Source: Nemertoderma westbladi (taxonomy: Eukaryota > Animalia > Xenacoelomorpha). From it: 64,000 nt of DNA. Both the position numbers and the translations under genes were made by a program. This document shows, one piece after another, positions 49,366-61,300 of this stretch; position 1 is the stretch's first letter; each line of letters opens with the position of its first letter. The stretch spans positions 6,464 to 70,463 of the forward strand of contig JAUCBJ010008725.1 in the NCBI GenBank assembly GCA_032718475.1, read 5' to 3'. The notes beneath the pieces were generated by a model, which ran no database searches, was not told the origin of the DNA, and saw only the letters and a list, made by a program, of their open reading frames with translations.

Positions 49366-52300
49366 GTTCTGTTGATGGGGCACTCAGATAGCGAGGAGTC
49401 AATGGTTCTTTTGATGGGGGTCCTCAGATATGGATGAGTCAATGGTTCTGTTGATTGGGCCCTCAGATAGGGAGGAGACAATGGTTCTGTTGATGGAGGG
49501 GGGGCTCAGATAGGGAGGAGTCAATGGTTCTGTTGGTGGGGGGGGGCTCAGATAGGGAGAAGTCAATGGTTCTGTTGAAGGGGGGGGGGGGGGGGGGGCT
49601 CAAATATAGATGAGTCAATGGTTCTGTTGATGGGGGCCCTCAGATAGTGAGGAGTCAATGGTTCTGTTGATGGGAGCCCTTAGATAGGGAGGAGTCAATG
49701 GTTCTGTTGATGGGAGCCCTTAGATAGTGAGGAGTCAATGGTTCTGTTGATTGGGCCCTCAGATAGGGAGGAGTCAATGGTTCTGTTGATGGGGGGCTCA
49801 GATAGGGAGGGGTCAATGGTTCTGTTGATGGGGCCCTCACATAGGGAGGAGTCAATGGTTCTGTTGATGGGGGTCCTCAGATTGGGAGAAGTCAATGGTT
49901 CTGTTGATGGGGGGGGGGGGAGGCTCAGATAAGGAGGAGTCAATGGTTCTGTTGATGGGGGAGGGGGGCTCAGATAGGGAGGAGTCAATGGTTCTGTTGA
50001 TGGGGTCCTCAGATAGGGAGGAGTCAATGGTTCTGTTGATGGGGGCCTCAGATAGGGAGAAGTCAATGGTTCTGTTGATGGAGTCCTCAGATAGGGAGAA
50101 GTCAATGGTTCTGTAGATGGGAGCCCTTAGATAGTGAGGAGTCAATGGTTCTGTTGATGGGGTCCTCAGATAGGGAGGAGTCAATGGTTCTGTTGATGGG
50201 GTCCTCAGATAAGGAGGAGCCAATGGTTCTGTTGATGGGGTCCTCAGATAGGGAGGAGTCGATGGTTCTGTTGATGGGGTCCTCAGATAGGGAGGAGTCA
50301 ATGGTTATGTTGATGGGGTTCTCAGATAGGGAGGAGTCAATGGTTATGTTGATGGGGTCCTCAGACAGGGAGGAGTCAATGGTTCTGTTGATGGGGCCCT
50401 CATATAGGGAGGATTCAATGGTTCTGTTGATGGGGTCCTCAGATAGGGAGGAGTCAATGGTTCTGTTGATGGGGCCCTCAGATAGGGAGGAGTCAATGGT
50501 TCTGTTGATGGGGTCCTCAGATGGAGAGGAGTCGATGGTTCTGTTGATGGGGTCCTCAGATAGGGAGTAGTCAATGGTTCTGTAGATGGGAGCCCTTAGA
50601 TAGTGAGGAGTCAATGGTTCTGTTGATGGGGTCCTCAGATAGGGAGGAGTCAATGGTTCTGTTGATGGGGTCCTCAGATAAGGAGGAGCCAATGGTTCTG
50701 TTGATGGGGTCCTCAGATAGGGAGGAGTCGATGGTTCTGTTGATGGGGTCCTCAGATAGGGAGGAGTCAATGGTTATGTTGATGGGGTTCTCAGATAGGG
50801 AGGAGTCAATGGTTATGTTGATGGGGTCCTCAGACAGGGAGGAGTCAATGGTTCTGTTGATGGGGTCCTCAGATAGGGAGGAGTCAATGGTTCTGTTGAT
50901 GGGTTCCACAGATAGGGAGGAGTCAATGGTTCTGTTGATGGGGTCCTCAGATAGGGAGGAGTCAATGGTTCTGTTGATGGGGCCCTCAGATAGGGAGGTG
51001 TCGATGGTTCTGTTGATGGGGTTCTCAGATAGGGAGGAGTCGATGGTTCTGTTGATGGGGTCCTCAGATAGGGAGGAGTCAATGGTTCTGTTGATGGGGT
51101 CCTCAGATAGGGATGAGTCAATAGTTCTGTTGATGGGGTCCTCAGATAGGGAGGAGTCAATGGTTCTGTTGATGGGGGCCTCGGATAGGGAGAAGTCAAT
51201 GGTTCTGTTGATGGGGACCCAGATAGGAATGGGTCAATGGTTATGTTGATGGGGTCCTCAGATAGGGATGAGTCAATGGTTCTGTTGATGGGGTCCTCAG
51301 ATATGGAGGAGTCAATGGTTCTGTTGATGGGGGCCTCAGATAGGGAGAAGTCAATGGTTCTTTTCATGGGGTCTTCAGATATGGAGGAGTCAATGGTTCT
51401 GTTGATGGGGTCCTCAGATAGGGAGGAGTCAATGGTTCTGTTGATGGGGTCCTCATATAGGGAGGAGTCAATGGTTCTGTTGATGGGGTCCTCAGATAGG
51501 GAGGAGTCAATGGTTCTGTTGATGGGGTCTTCATATAGGGAGGAGTCAATGGTTCTGTTGATGGGGTCCTCAGATAGGGAGGAGTCAATGGTTCTGTTGA
51601 TGGGGTCCTCAGATAGGGAGGAGTCAATGGTTCTGTTGATGGGGTCCTCAGATAGGGATGAGTCAATGGTTCTGTTGATGGGGTCCTCAGATAGGGAGGA
51701 GTCAATGGTTCTGTTGATGGGGGACTCAGATAGGGAGAAGTCAATGGTTCTGTTCATGGGGTCCTCAGATAGGGAGGAGTCAATTTTTCTGTTGATGGGG
51801 TCCTCAGATATGGAGGAGTCAATGGTTCTGTTGATGGGGGCCTCAGATAGGGAGAAGTCAATGGTTCTGTTCATGGGGTCTTCAGATATGGAGGAGTCAA
51901 TGGTTCTGTTGATGGGTTCCTCAGATAGGGAGGAGTCAATGGTTCTGTTGATGGGGTCCTCATATAGGGAGGAGTCAATGGTTCTGTTGATGGGGTCCTC
52001 AGATAGGGAGGAGTCAATGGTTCTGTTGATGGGGTCGTCATATAGGGAGGAGTCAATGGTTCTGTTGATGGGGTCCTCAGATAGGGAGGAGTCAATGGTT
52101 CTGTTGATGGGGTCCTCAGATAGGGAGGAGTCAATGGTTCTGTTGATGGGGTCCTCATATAGGGAGGAGTCAATGGTTCTGTTGATGGGGTCCTCAGATA
52201 GGGAGGAGTCAATGGTTCTGTTGATGGAGTCCTCAGATAGGGAGGAGTCAATGGTTCTGTTGATGGGGGCCCTCAGATAGGGAGGAGTCAATGGTTCTGT

Positions 52301-55300
52301 TGATGGGGTCCTCAGATAGGGATGAGTCAATGGTACTGTTGATGGGGGCCCTCAGATAGGGAGGAGTCAATGGTTCTGTTGATGGGGTCCTCAGATAGGG
52401 ATGAGTCAATGGTTCTGTTGATGGGGTCCTCAGATAGAGAGGAGTCAATGGTTCTGTTGATGGGGGACTCAGATAGGGAGAAGTCAATGGTTCTGTTCAT
52501 GGGGTCCTCAGATAGGGAGGAGTCAATGGTTCTGTTGATGGGGTCCTCAGATAGGGAGGAGTCAATGGTTCTGTTGATGGGGGCCTCAGATAGGGAGAAG
52601 TCAATGGTTCTGTTCATGGGGTCTTCAGATATGGAGGAGTCAATGGTTCTGTTGATGGGGTCCTCAGATAGGGATGAGTCAATGGTTCTGTTGATGGGGT
52701 CCTCAGATAGGGAGGAGTCAATGGTTCTGTTGATGGGGGACTCAGATAGGGAGAAGTCAATGGTTCTGTTCATGGGGTCCTCAGATAGGGAGGAGTCAAT
52801 GGTTCTGTTGATGGGGTCCTCAGATATGGAGGAGTCAATGGTTCTGTTGATGGGGGCCTCAGATAGGGAGAAGTCAATGGTTCTGTTCATGGGGTCTTCA
52901 GATATGGAGGAGTCAATGGTTCTGTTGATGGGGTCCTCAGATAGGGAGGAGTCAATGGTTCTGTTGATGGGGTCCTCATATAGGGAGGAGTCAATGGTTC
53001 TGTTGATGGGGGCACTCAGATAGGGAGGAGTCAATGGTTCTGTTGATGGGGTCCTCATATAGGGAGGAGTCAATGGTTCTGTTGATGGGGTCCTCATATA
53101 GGGAGGAGTCAATGGTTCTGTTGATGGGGTCCTCAGATAGGGAGGAGTCAATGGTTCTGTTGATGGGGTCCTCAGATAGGGAGGAGTCAATGGTTCTGTT
53201 GATGGGGTCCTCAGATAGGGAGGAGTCAATGGTTCTGTTGAAGGGGTCCTCAGATATGGAGGAGTCAATGGTTCTGTTGATGGGGGCCTCAGATAGGGAG
53301 AAGTCAATGGTTCTGTTCATGGGGTCTTCAGATATGGAGGAGTCAATGGTTCTGTTCATGGGGTCTTCAGATATGGAGGAGTCAATGGTTCTGTTGATGG
53401 GGTCCTCAGATAGGGAGGAGTCAATGGTTCTGTTGATGGGGTCCTCATATAGGGAGGAGTCAATGGTTCTGTTGATGGGGGCACTCAGATAGGGAGGAGT
53501 CAATGGTTCTGTTGATGGGGTCCTCATATAGGGAGGAGTCAATGGTTCTGTTGATGGGGTCCTCATATAGGGAGGAGTCAATGGTTCTGTTGATGGGGTC
53601 CTCAGATAGGGAGGAGTCAATGGTTCTGTTGATGGGGTCCTCAGATAGGGAGGAGTCAATGGTTCTGTTGATGGGGTCCTCAGATAGGGAGGAGTCAATG
53701 GTTCTGTTGATGGGGCCCTCATATAGGGAGGAGTCAATGGTTCTGTTGATGGGGGCCCTCAGATAGGGAGGAGTCAATGGTTCTGTTGATGGGGTCCTCA
53801 GATAGGGAGGAGTCAATGGTTCTGTTGATGGGGGACTCAGATAGGGAGAAGGCAATGGTTCTGTTCATGGGGTCTTCAGATATGGAGGAGTCAATGGTTC
53901 TGTTGATGGGGTCCTCAGATAGGGAGGAGTCAATGGTTCTGTTGATGGGGGACTCAGATAGGGAGAAGTCAATGGTTCTGTTCATGGGGTCCTCAGATAG
54001 GGAGGAGTCAATGGTTCTGTTGATGGGGTCCTCAGATATGGAGGAGTCAATGGTTCTGTTGATGGGGGCCTCAGATAGGGAGAAGTCAATGGTTCTGTTC
54101 ACGGGGTCTTCAGATATGGAGGAGTCAATGGTTCTGTTGATGGGGTCCTCAGATAGGGAGGAGTCAATGGTTCTGTTGATGGGGTCCTCATATAGGGAGG
54201 AGTCAATGGTTCTGTTGATGGGGTCCTCAGATAGGGAGGAGTCAATGGTTCTGTTGATGGGGGACTCAGATAGGGAGAAGTCAATGGTTCTGTTCATGGG
54301 GTCCTCATATAGGGAGGAGTCAATGGTTCTGTTGATGGGATCCTCAGATATGGAGGAGTCAATGGTTCTGTTGATGGGGGCCTCAGATAGGGAGAAGTCA
54401 ATGGTTCTGTTCATGGGGTCTTCAGATATGGAGGAGTCAATGGTTCTGTTGATGGGGTCCTCAGATAGGGAGGAGTCAATGGTTCTGTTGATGGGGTCCT
54501 CATATAGGGAGGAGTCAATGGTTCTGTTGATGGGGTCCTCAGATAGGGAGGAGTCAATGGTTCTGTTGATGGGGTCCTCATATAGGGAGGAGTCAATGGT
54601 TCTGTTGATAAGGTCCTCATATAGGGAGGAGTCAATGGTTCTGTTGATGGGGTCCTCAGATAGGGAGGAGTCAATGGTTCTGTTGATGGGGTCCTCAGAT
54701 AGTGAGGAGTCAATGGTTCTGTTGATGGGGTCCTCAGATAGGGAGGAGTCAATGGTTCTGTTGATGGGGCCCTCATATAGGGAGGAGTCAATGGTTCTGT
54801 TGATGGGGGCCCTCAGATAGGGAGGAGTCAATGGTTCTGTTGATGGGGTCCTCAGATAGGGATGAGTCAATGGTTCTGTTGATGGGGTCCTCAGATAGGG
54901 AGGAGTCAATGGTTCTGTTGATGGGGGACTCAGATAGGGAGAAGTCAATGGTTCTGTTCATGGGGTCTTCAGATATGGAGGAGTCAATGTTTCTGTTGAT
55001 GGGGTCCTCAGATAGGGAGGAGTCAATGGTTCTGTTGATGGGGTCCTCATATAGGGAGGAGTCAATGGTTCTGTTGATGGGGTCCTCAGATAGGGATGAG
55101 TCAATGGTTCTGTTGATGGGGTCCTCAGATAGGGAGGAGTCAATGGTTTTGTTGATGGCGTCCTCAGACAGGGAGGAGTCAATGGTTCTGTTGATGGGGG
55201 CCTCAGATAGGGAGAAATCAATGGTTCTGTACATGGGGTCTTCAGATATGGAGGAGTCAATGGTTCTGTTGATGGGGTCCTCAGATAGGGAGGAGTCAAT

Positions 55301-58300
55301 GGTTCTGTTGATGGGGTCCTCATATAGGGAGGAGTCAATGGTTCTGTTGATGGGGTCCTCAGATAGGGATGAGTCAATGGTTCTGTTGATGGGTCCTCAG
55401 ATAGGGAGGAGTCAATGGTTCTGTTGATGGGGGCCTCGGATAGGGAGAAGTCAATGGTTCTGTTGATGGGGTCCCCAGATAGGAATGGGTCAATGGTTCT
55501 GTTGATGGGGTCCTCAGATAGGGAGGATCCAATGGTTCTGTTGATGGGGTCCTCAGATAGGGAAGAGTCAATGGTTCTGTTGATGGGTCCTCAGATAGGG
55601 AGGAGTCAATGGTTCTGTTGATGGGGTCCTCAGATAGGGAGGAGTCAATGGTTCTGTTGATGGGGCCCTCAGATAGGGAGGAGTCAATGGTTCTGTTGAT
55701 GGGGTCCTCAGATGGAGAGGAGTCGATGGTTCTGTTGATGGGGTCCTCAGATAGGGAGTAGTCAATGGTTCTGTTGATGGGAGCCCTTAGATAGTGAGGA
55801 GTCAATGGTTCTGTTGATGGGGTCCTCAGATAGGGAGGAGTCAATGGTTCTGTTGATGGGGTCCTCAGATAAGGAGGAGCCAATGGTTCTGTTGATGGGG
55901 TCCTCAGATAGGGAGGAGTCGATGGTTCTGTTGATGGGGTCCTCAGATAGGGAGGAGTCAATGGTTATGTTGATGGGGTTCTCAGATAGGGAGGAGTCAA
56001 TGGTTATGTTGATGGGGTCCTCAGACAGGGAGGAGTCAATGGTTCTGTTGATGGGGTCCTCAGATAGGGAGGAGTCAATGGTTCTGTTGATGGGTTCCTC
56101 AGATAGGGAGGAGTCAATGGTTCTGTTGATGGGGTCCTCAGATAGGGAGGAGTCAATGGTTCTGTTGATGGGGCCCTCAGATAGGGAGGTGTCGATGGTT
56201 CTGTTGATGGGGTCCTCAGATAGGGAGGACTCAATGGTTCTGTTGATGGGGTCCTCAGATAGGGAGGATCCAATGGTTCTGTTGATGGGGTCCTCAGATA
56301 GGGATGAGTCAATGGTTCTGTTGATGGGTCCTCAGATAGGGAGGAGTCAATGGTTCTGTTGATGGGGTCCTCAGATAGGGAGGAGTCAATGGTTCTGTTG
56401 ATGGGGGCCTCAGATAGGGAGGAGTCAATGGTTCTGTTGATGGGGTCCTCAGATAGGGAGGAGTCAATGGTTCTGTTGATGGGGTCCTCAGATAGGGAGG
56501 AGTCAATGGTTCTGTTGATGGGGGCCTCGGATAGGGAGAAGTCAATGGTTCTGTTGATGGGGTCCTCAGATGTGGAGGAGTCAATGGTTCTGTTGATGGG
56601 GTCCCCAGATAGGAATGGGTCAATGGTTCTGTTGATGGAGTCCTCAGATAGGGAGAAGTCAATGGTTCTGTTGATGGGGTCCTCAGATAGGGAGGACTCA
56701 ATGGTTCTGTTGATGGGGTCCTCAGATAGGGAGGATCCAATGGTTCTGTTGATGGGGTCCTCAGATAGGGAAGAGTCAATGGTTCTGTTGATGGGTCCTC
56801 AGATAGGGAGGAGTCAATGGTTCTGTTGATGGGGTCCTCAGATAGGGAGGAGTCAATGGTTCTGTTGATGGGGGCCTCAGATAGGGAGGAGTCAATGGTT
56901 CTGTTGATGGGGTCCTCAGATAGGGAGGAGTCAATGGTTCTGTTGATGGGGTCCTCAGATAGGGTGGAGTCCATGGTTCTGTTGATGGGGTCCTCAGATA
57001 GGGAGGAGTCAATGGTTCTGTTGATGGGGCCCTCAGATAGGGAGGTGTCGATGGTTCTGTTGATGGGGTCCTCAGATAGGGAGGAGTCGATGGTTCTGTT
57101 GATGGGGTCCTCAGATAGGGAGGAGTCAATGGTTCTGTTGATGGGGCCCTCAGATAGGGATGAGTCAATGGTTCTGTTGATGGGGTCCTCAGATAGGGAG
57201 GAGTCAATGGTTCTGTTGATGGGGCCCTCATATAGGGAGGATTCAATGGTTCTGTTGATGGGGTCCTCAGATAGGGAGGAGTCAATGGTTCTGTTGATGG
57301 GGCCCTCAGATAGGGAGGAGTCAATGGTTCTGTTGATGGGGTCCTCAGATGGAGAGGAGTCGATGGTTCTGTTGATGGGGTCCTCAGATAGGGAGTAGTC
57401 AATGGTTCTGTTGATGGGAGCCCTTAGATAGTGAGGAGTCAATGGTTCTGTTGATGGGGTCCTCAGATAGGGAGGAGTCAATGGTTCTGTTGATGGGGTC
57501 CTCAGATAAGGAGGAGCCAATGGTTCTGTTGATGGGGTCCTCAGATAGGGAGGAGTCGATGGTTCTGTTGATGGGGTCCTCAGATAGGGAGGAGTCAATG
57601 GTTATGTTGATGGGGTTCTCAGATAGGGAGGAGTCAATGGTTATGTTGATGGGGTCCTCAGACAGGGAGGAGTCAATGGTTCTGTTGATGGGGTCCTCAG
57701 ATAGGGAGGAGTCAATGGTTCTGTTGATGGGTTCCTCAGATAGGGAGGAGTCAATGGTTCTGTTGATGGGGTCCTCAGATAGGGAGGAGTCAATGGTTCT
57801 GTTGATGGGGCCCTCAGATAGGGAGGTGTCGATGGTTCTGTTGATGGGGTCCTCAGATAGGGAGGAGTCGATGGTTCTGTTGATGGGGTCCTCAGATAGG
57901 GAGGAGTCAATGGTTCTGTTGATGGGGCCCTCAGATAGGGATGAGTCAATGGTTCTGTTGATGGGGTCCTCAGATAGGGAGGAGTCAATGGTTCTGTTGA
58001 TGGGGGCCTCGATAGGGAGAAGTCAATGGTTCTGTTGATGGGGACCCAGATAGGAATGGGTCAATGGTTATGTTGATGGGGTCCTCAGATAGGGATGAGT
58101 CAATGGTTCTGTTGATGGGGTCCTCAGATAGGGAGGAGTCAATGGTTCTGTTGATGGGGGCCTCGGATAGGGAGAAGTCAATGGTTCTGTTGATGGGGTC
58201 CTCAGAAGTGGAGGAGTCAATGGTTCTGTTGATGGGGTCCCCAGATAGGAATGGGTCAATGGTTCTGTTGATGGAGTCCTCAGATAGGGAGAAGTCAATG

Positions 58301-61300
58301 GTTCTGTTGATGGGGTCCTCAGATAGAGAGGACTCAATGGTTCTGTTGATGGGGTCCTCAGATAGGGAGGAGTCCAATGGTTCTGTTGATGGGGTCCTCA
58401 GATAGGGAAGAGTCAATGGTTCTGTTGATGGGTCCTCAGATAGGGAGGAGTCAATGGTTCTGTTGATGGGGTCCTCAGATAGGGAGGAGTCAATGGTTCT
58501 GTTGATGGGGGCCTCAGATAGGGAGGAGTCAATGGTTCTGTTGATGGGGTCCTCAGATAGGGAGGAGTCAATGGTTCTGTTGATGGGGTCCTCAGATAGG
58601 GTGGAGTCAATGGTTCTGTTGATGGGGTCCTCAGATAGGGAGGAGTCAATGGTTCTGTTGATGGGGTCCTCAGATAGGGAGGAGTCAATGGTTCTGTTGA
58701 TGGGGTCCTCAGATAGGGAGGAGTCAATGGTTCTGTTGATGGGGTCCTCAGATAGGGAGGAGTCAATGGTTCTGTTGATGGGGTCCTCAGATAGGGATGA
58801 GTCAATGGTTCTATTGATGGGGCCTCGGATAGGGAGAAGTCAATGGTTCTGTTGATGGGGTCCTCAGATGTGGAGGAGTCAATGGTTCTGTTGATGGGGT
58901 CCCCAGATAGGAATGAGTCAATGGTTCTGTTGATGGAGTCCTCAGATAGGGAGAAGTCAATGGTTCTGTTGATGGGGTCCTCAGATAGGGAGGAGTCAAT
59001 GGTTCTGTTGATGGGGTCCTCAGATAGGGAGGAGTCAATGGTTCTGTTGATGGGGTCCTCAGATAGGGAGGAGTCAATGGTTCTGTTGATGGGGTCCTCA
59101 GATAGGGAGGAGTCAATGGTTCTGTTGATGGGGTCCTCAGATAGGGAGGAGTCAATGGTTCTGTTGATGGGGGCCTCAGATAGGGAGGAGTCAATGGTTC
59201 TGTTGATGGGGTCCTCATATAGGGAGGAGTCAATGGTTCTGTTGATGGGGTCCTCAGATAGGGAGGAGTCAATGGTTCTGTTGATGGGGTCCTCATATAG
59301 GGAGGAGTCAATGGTTCTGTTGATGGGGTCCTCAGATAGGGAGGAGTCAATGGTTCTGTTGATGGGGTCCTCAGATAGGGAGGAGTCAATGGTTCTGTTG
59401 ATGGGGTCCTCAGATAGGGAGGAGTCAATGGTTCTGTTGATGGGGTCCTCAGATAGGGAGGAGTCAATGGTTCTGTTGATGGGGCCCTCAGATAGGGAGG
59501 AGTCAATGGTTCTGTTGATGGGGGCCCTCAGATAGGGAGGAGTCAATGGTTCTGTTGATGGGGTCCTCAGATAGGGAGGAGTCAATGGTTCTGTTGATGG
59601 GGTCCTCAGATAGGGAGGAGTCAATGGTTCTGTTGATGGGGGCCTCAGATAGGGAGGAGTCAATGGTTCTGTTGATGGGGTCCTCAGATAGGGAGGAGTC
59701 AATGGTTCTGTTGATGGGGTCCTCAGATAGGGAGGAGTCAATGGTTCTGTTGATGGGGTCCTCAGATAGGGAGGAGTCAATGGTTCTGTTGATGGGGTCC
59801 TCAGATAGGGAGGAGTCAATGGTTCTGTTGATGGGGTCCTCAGATAGGGAGGAGTCAATGGTTCTGTTGATGGGGTCCTCAGATAGGGAGGAGTCAATGG
59901 TTCTGTTGATGGGGTCCTCAGATAGGGAGGAGTCAATGGTTCTGTTGATGGGGTCCTCAGATAGGGAGGAGTCAATGGTTCTGTTGATGGGGTCCTCAGA
60001 TAGGGAGGAGTCAATGGTTCTGTTGATGGGGGCCTCAGATAGGGAGAAGTCAATGGTTCTGTTGATGGGGTCCTCAGATGGGAGGAGTCAATGGTTCTGT
60101 TGATGGGGTCCCCAGATAGGAGGGTCAATGGTTCTGTTGATGGGGTCCTCAGATAGGGAGGAGTCAATGGTTCTGTTGATGGGGTCCTCAGATAGGGAGG
60201 AGTCAATGGTTCTGTTGATGGGGTCCTCAGATAGGGAGGAGTCAATGGTTCTGTTGATGGGGTCCTCAGATAGGGAGGAGTCAATGGTTCTGTTGATGGG
60301 GCCCTCAGATAGGGAGGAGTCAATGGTTCTGTTGATGGGGTCCTCAGATAGGGAGGAGTCAATGGTTCTGTTGATGGGGTCCTCAGATAGGGAGGAGTCA
60401 ATGGTTCTGTTGATGGGGCCCTCAGATAGGGAGGAGTCAATGGTTCTGTTGATGGGGTCCTCAGATAGGGAGGAGTCAATGGTTCTGTTGATGGGGTCCT
60501 CAGATAGGGAGGAGTCAATGGTTCTGTTGATGGGGTCCTCAGATAGGGAGGAGTCAATGGTTCTGTTGATGGGGTCCTCAGATAGGGAGGAGTCAATGGT
60601 TCTGTTGATGGGGTCCTCAGATAGGGAGGAGTCAATGGTTCTGTTGATGGGGTCCTCAGATAGGGAGGAGTCAATGGTTCTGTTGATGGGGTCCTCAGAT
60701 AGGGAGGAGTCAATGGTTCTGTTGATGGGGTCCTCAGATAGGGAGGAGTCAATGGTTCTGTTGATGGGGTCCTCAGATAGGGAGGAGTCAATGGTTCTGT
60801 TGATGGGGTCCTCAGATAGGGAGGAGTCAATGGTTCTGTTGATGGGGTCCTCAGATAGGGAGGAGTCAATGGTTCTGTTGATGGGGTCCTCAGATAGGGA
60901 GGAGTCAATGGTTCTGTTGATGGGGTCCTCAGATAGGGAGGAGTCAATGGTTCTGTTGATGGGGTCCTCAGATAGGGAGGAGTCAATGGTTCTGTTGATG
61001 GGGCCCTCAGATAGGGAGGAGTCAATGGTTCTGTTGATGGGGGCCTCAGATAGGGAGGAGTCAATGGTTCTGTTGATGGGGTCCTCAGATAGGGATGAGT
61101 CAATGGTTCTGTTGATGGGGTCCTCAGATAGGGAGGAGTCAATGGTTCTGTTGATGGGGGCCTCAGATAGGGAGAAGTCAATGGTTCTGTTGATGGGGTC
61201 CTCAGATATGGAGGAGTCAATGGTTCTGTTGATGGGGTCCTCAGATAGGGAGGAGTCAATGGTTCTGTTGATGGGGTCCTCAGATAGGGAGGAGTCAATG

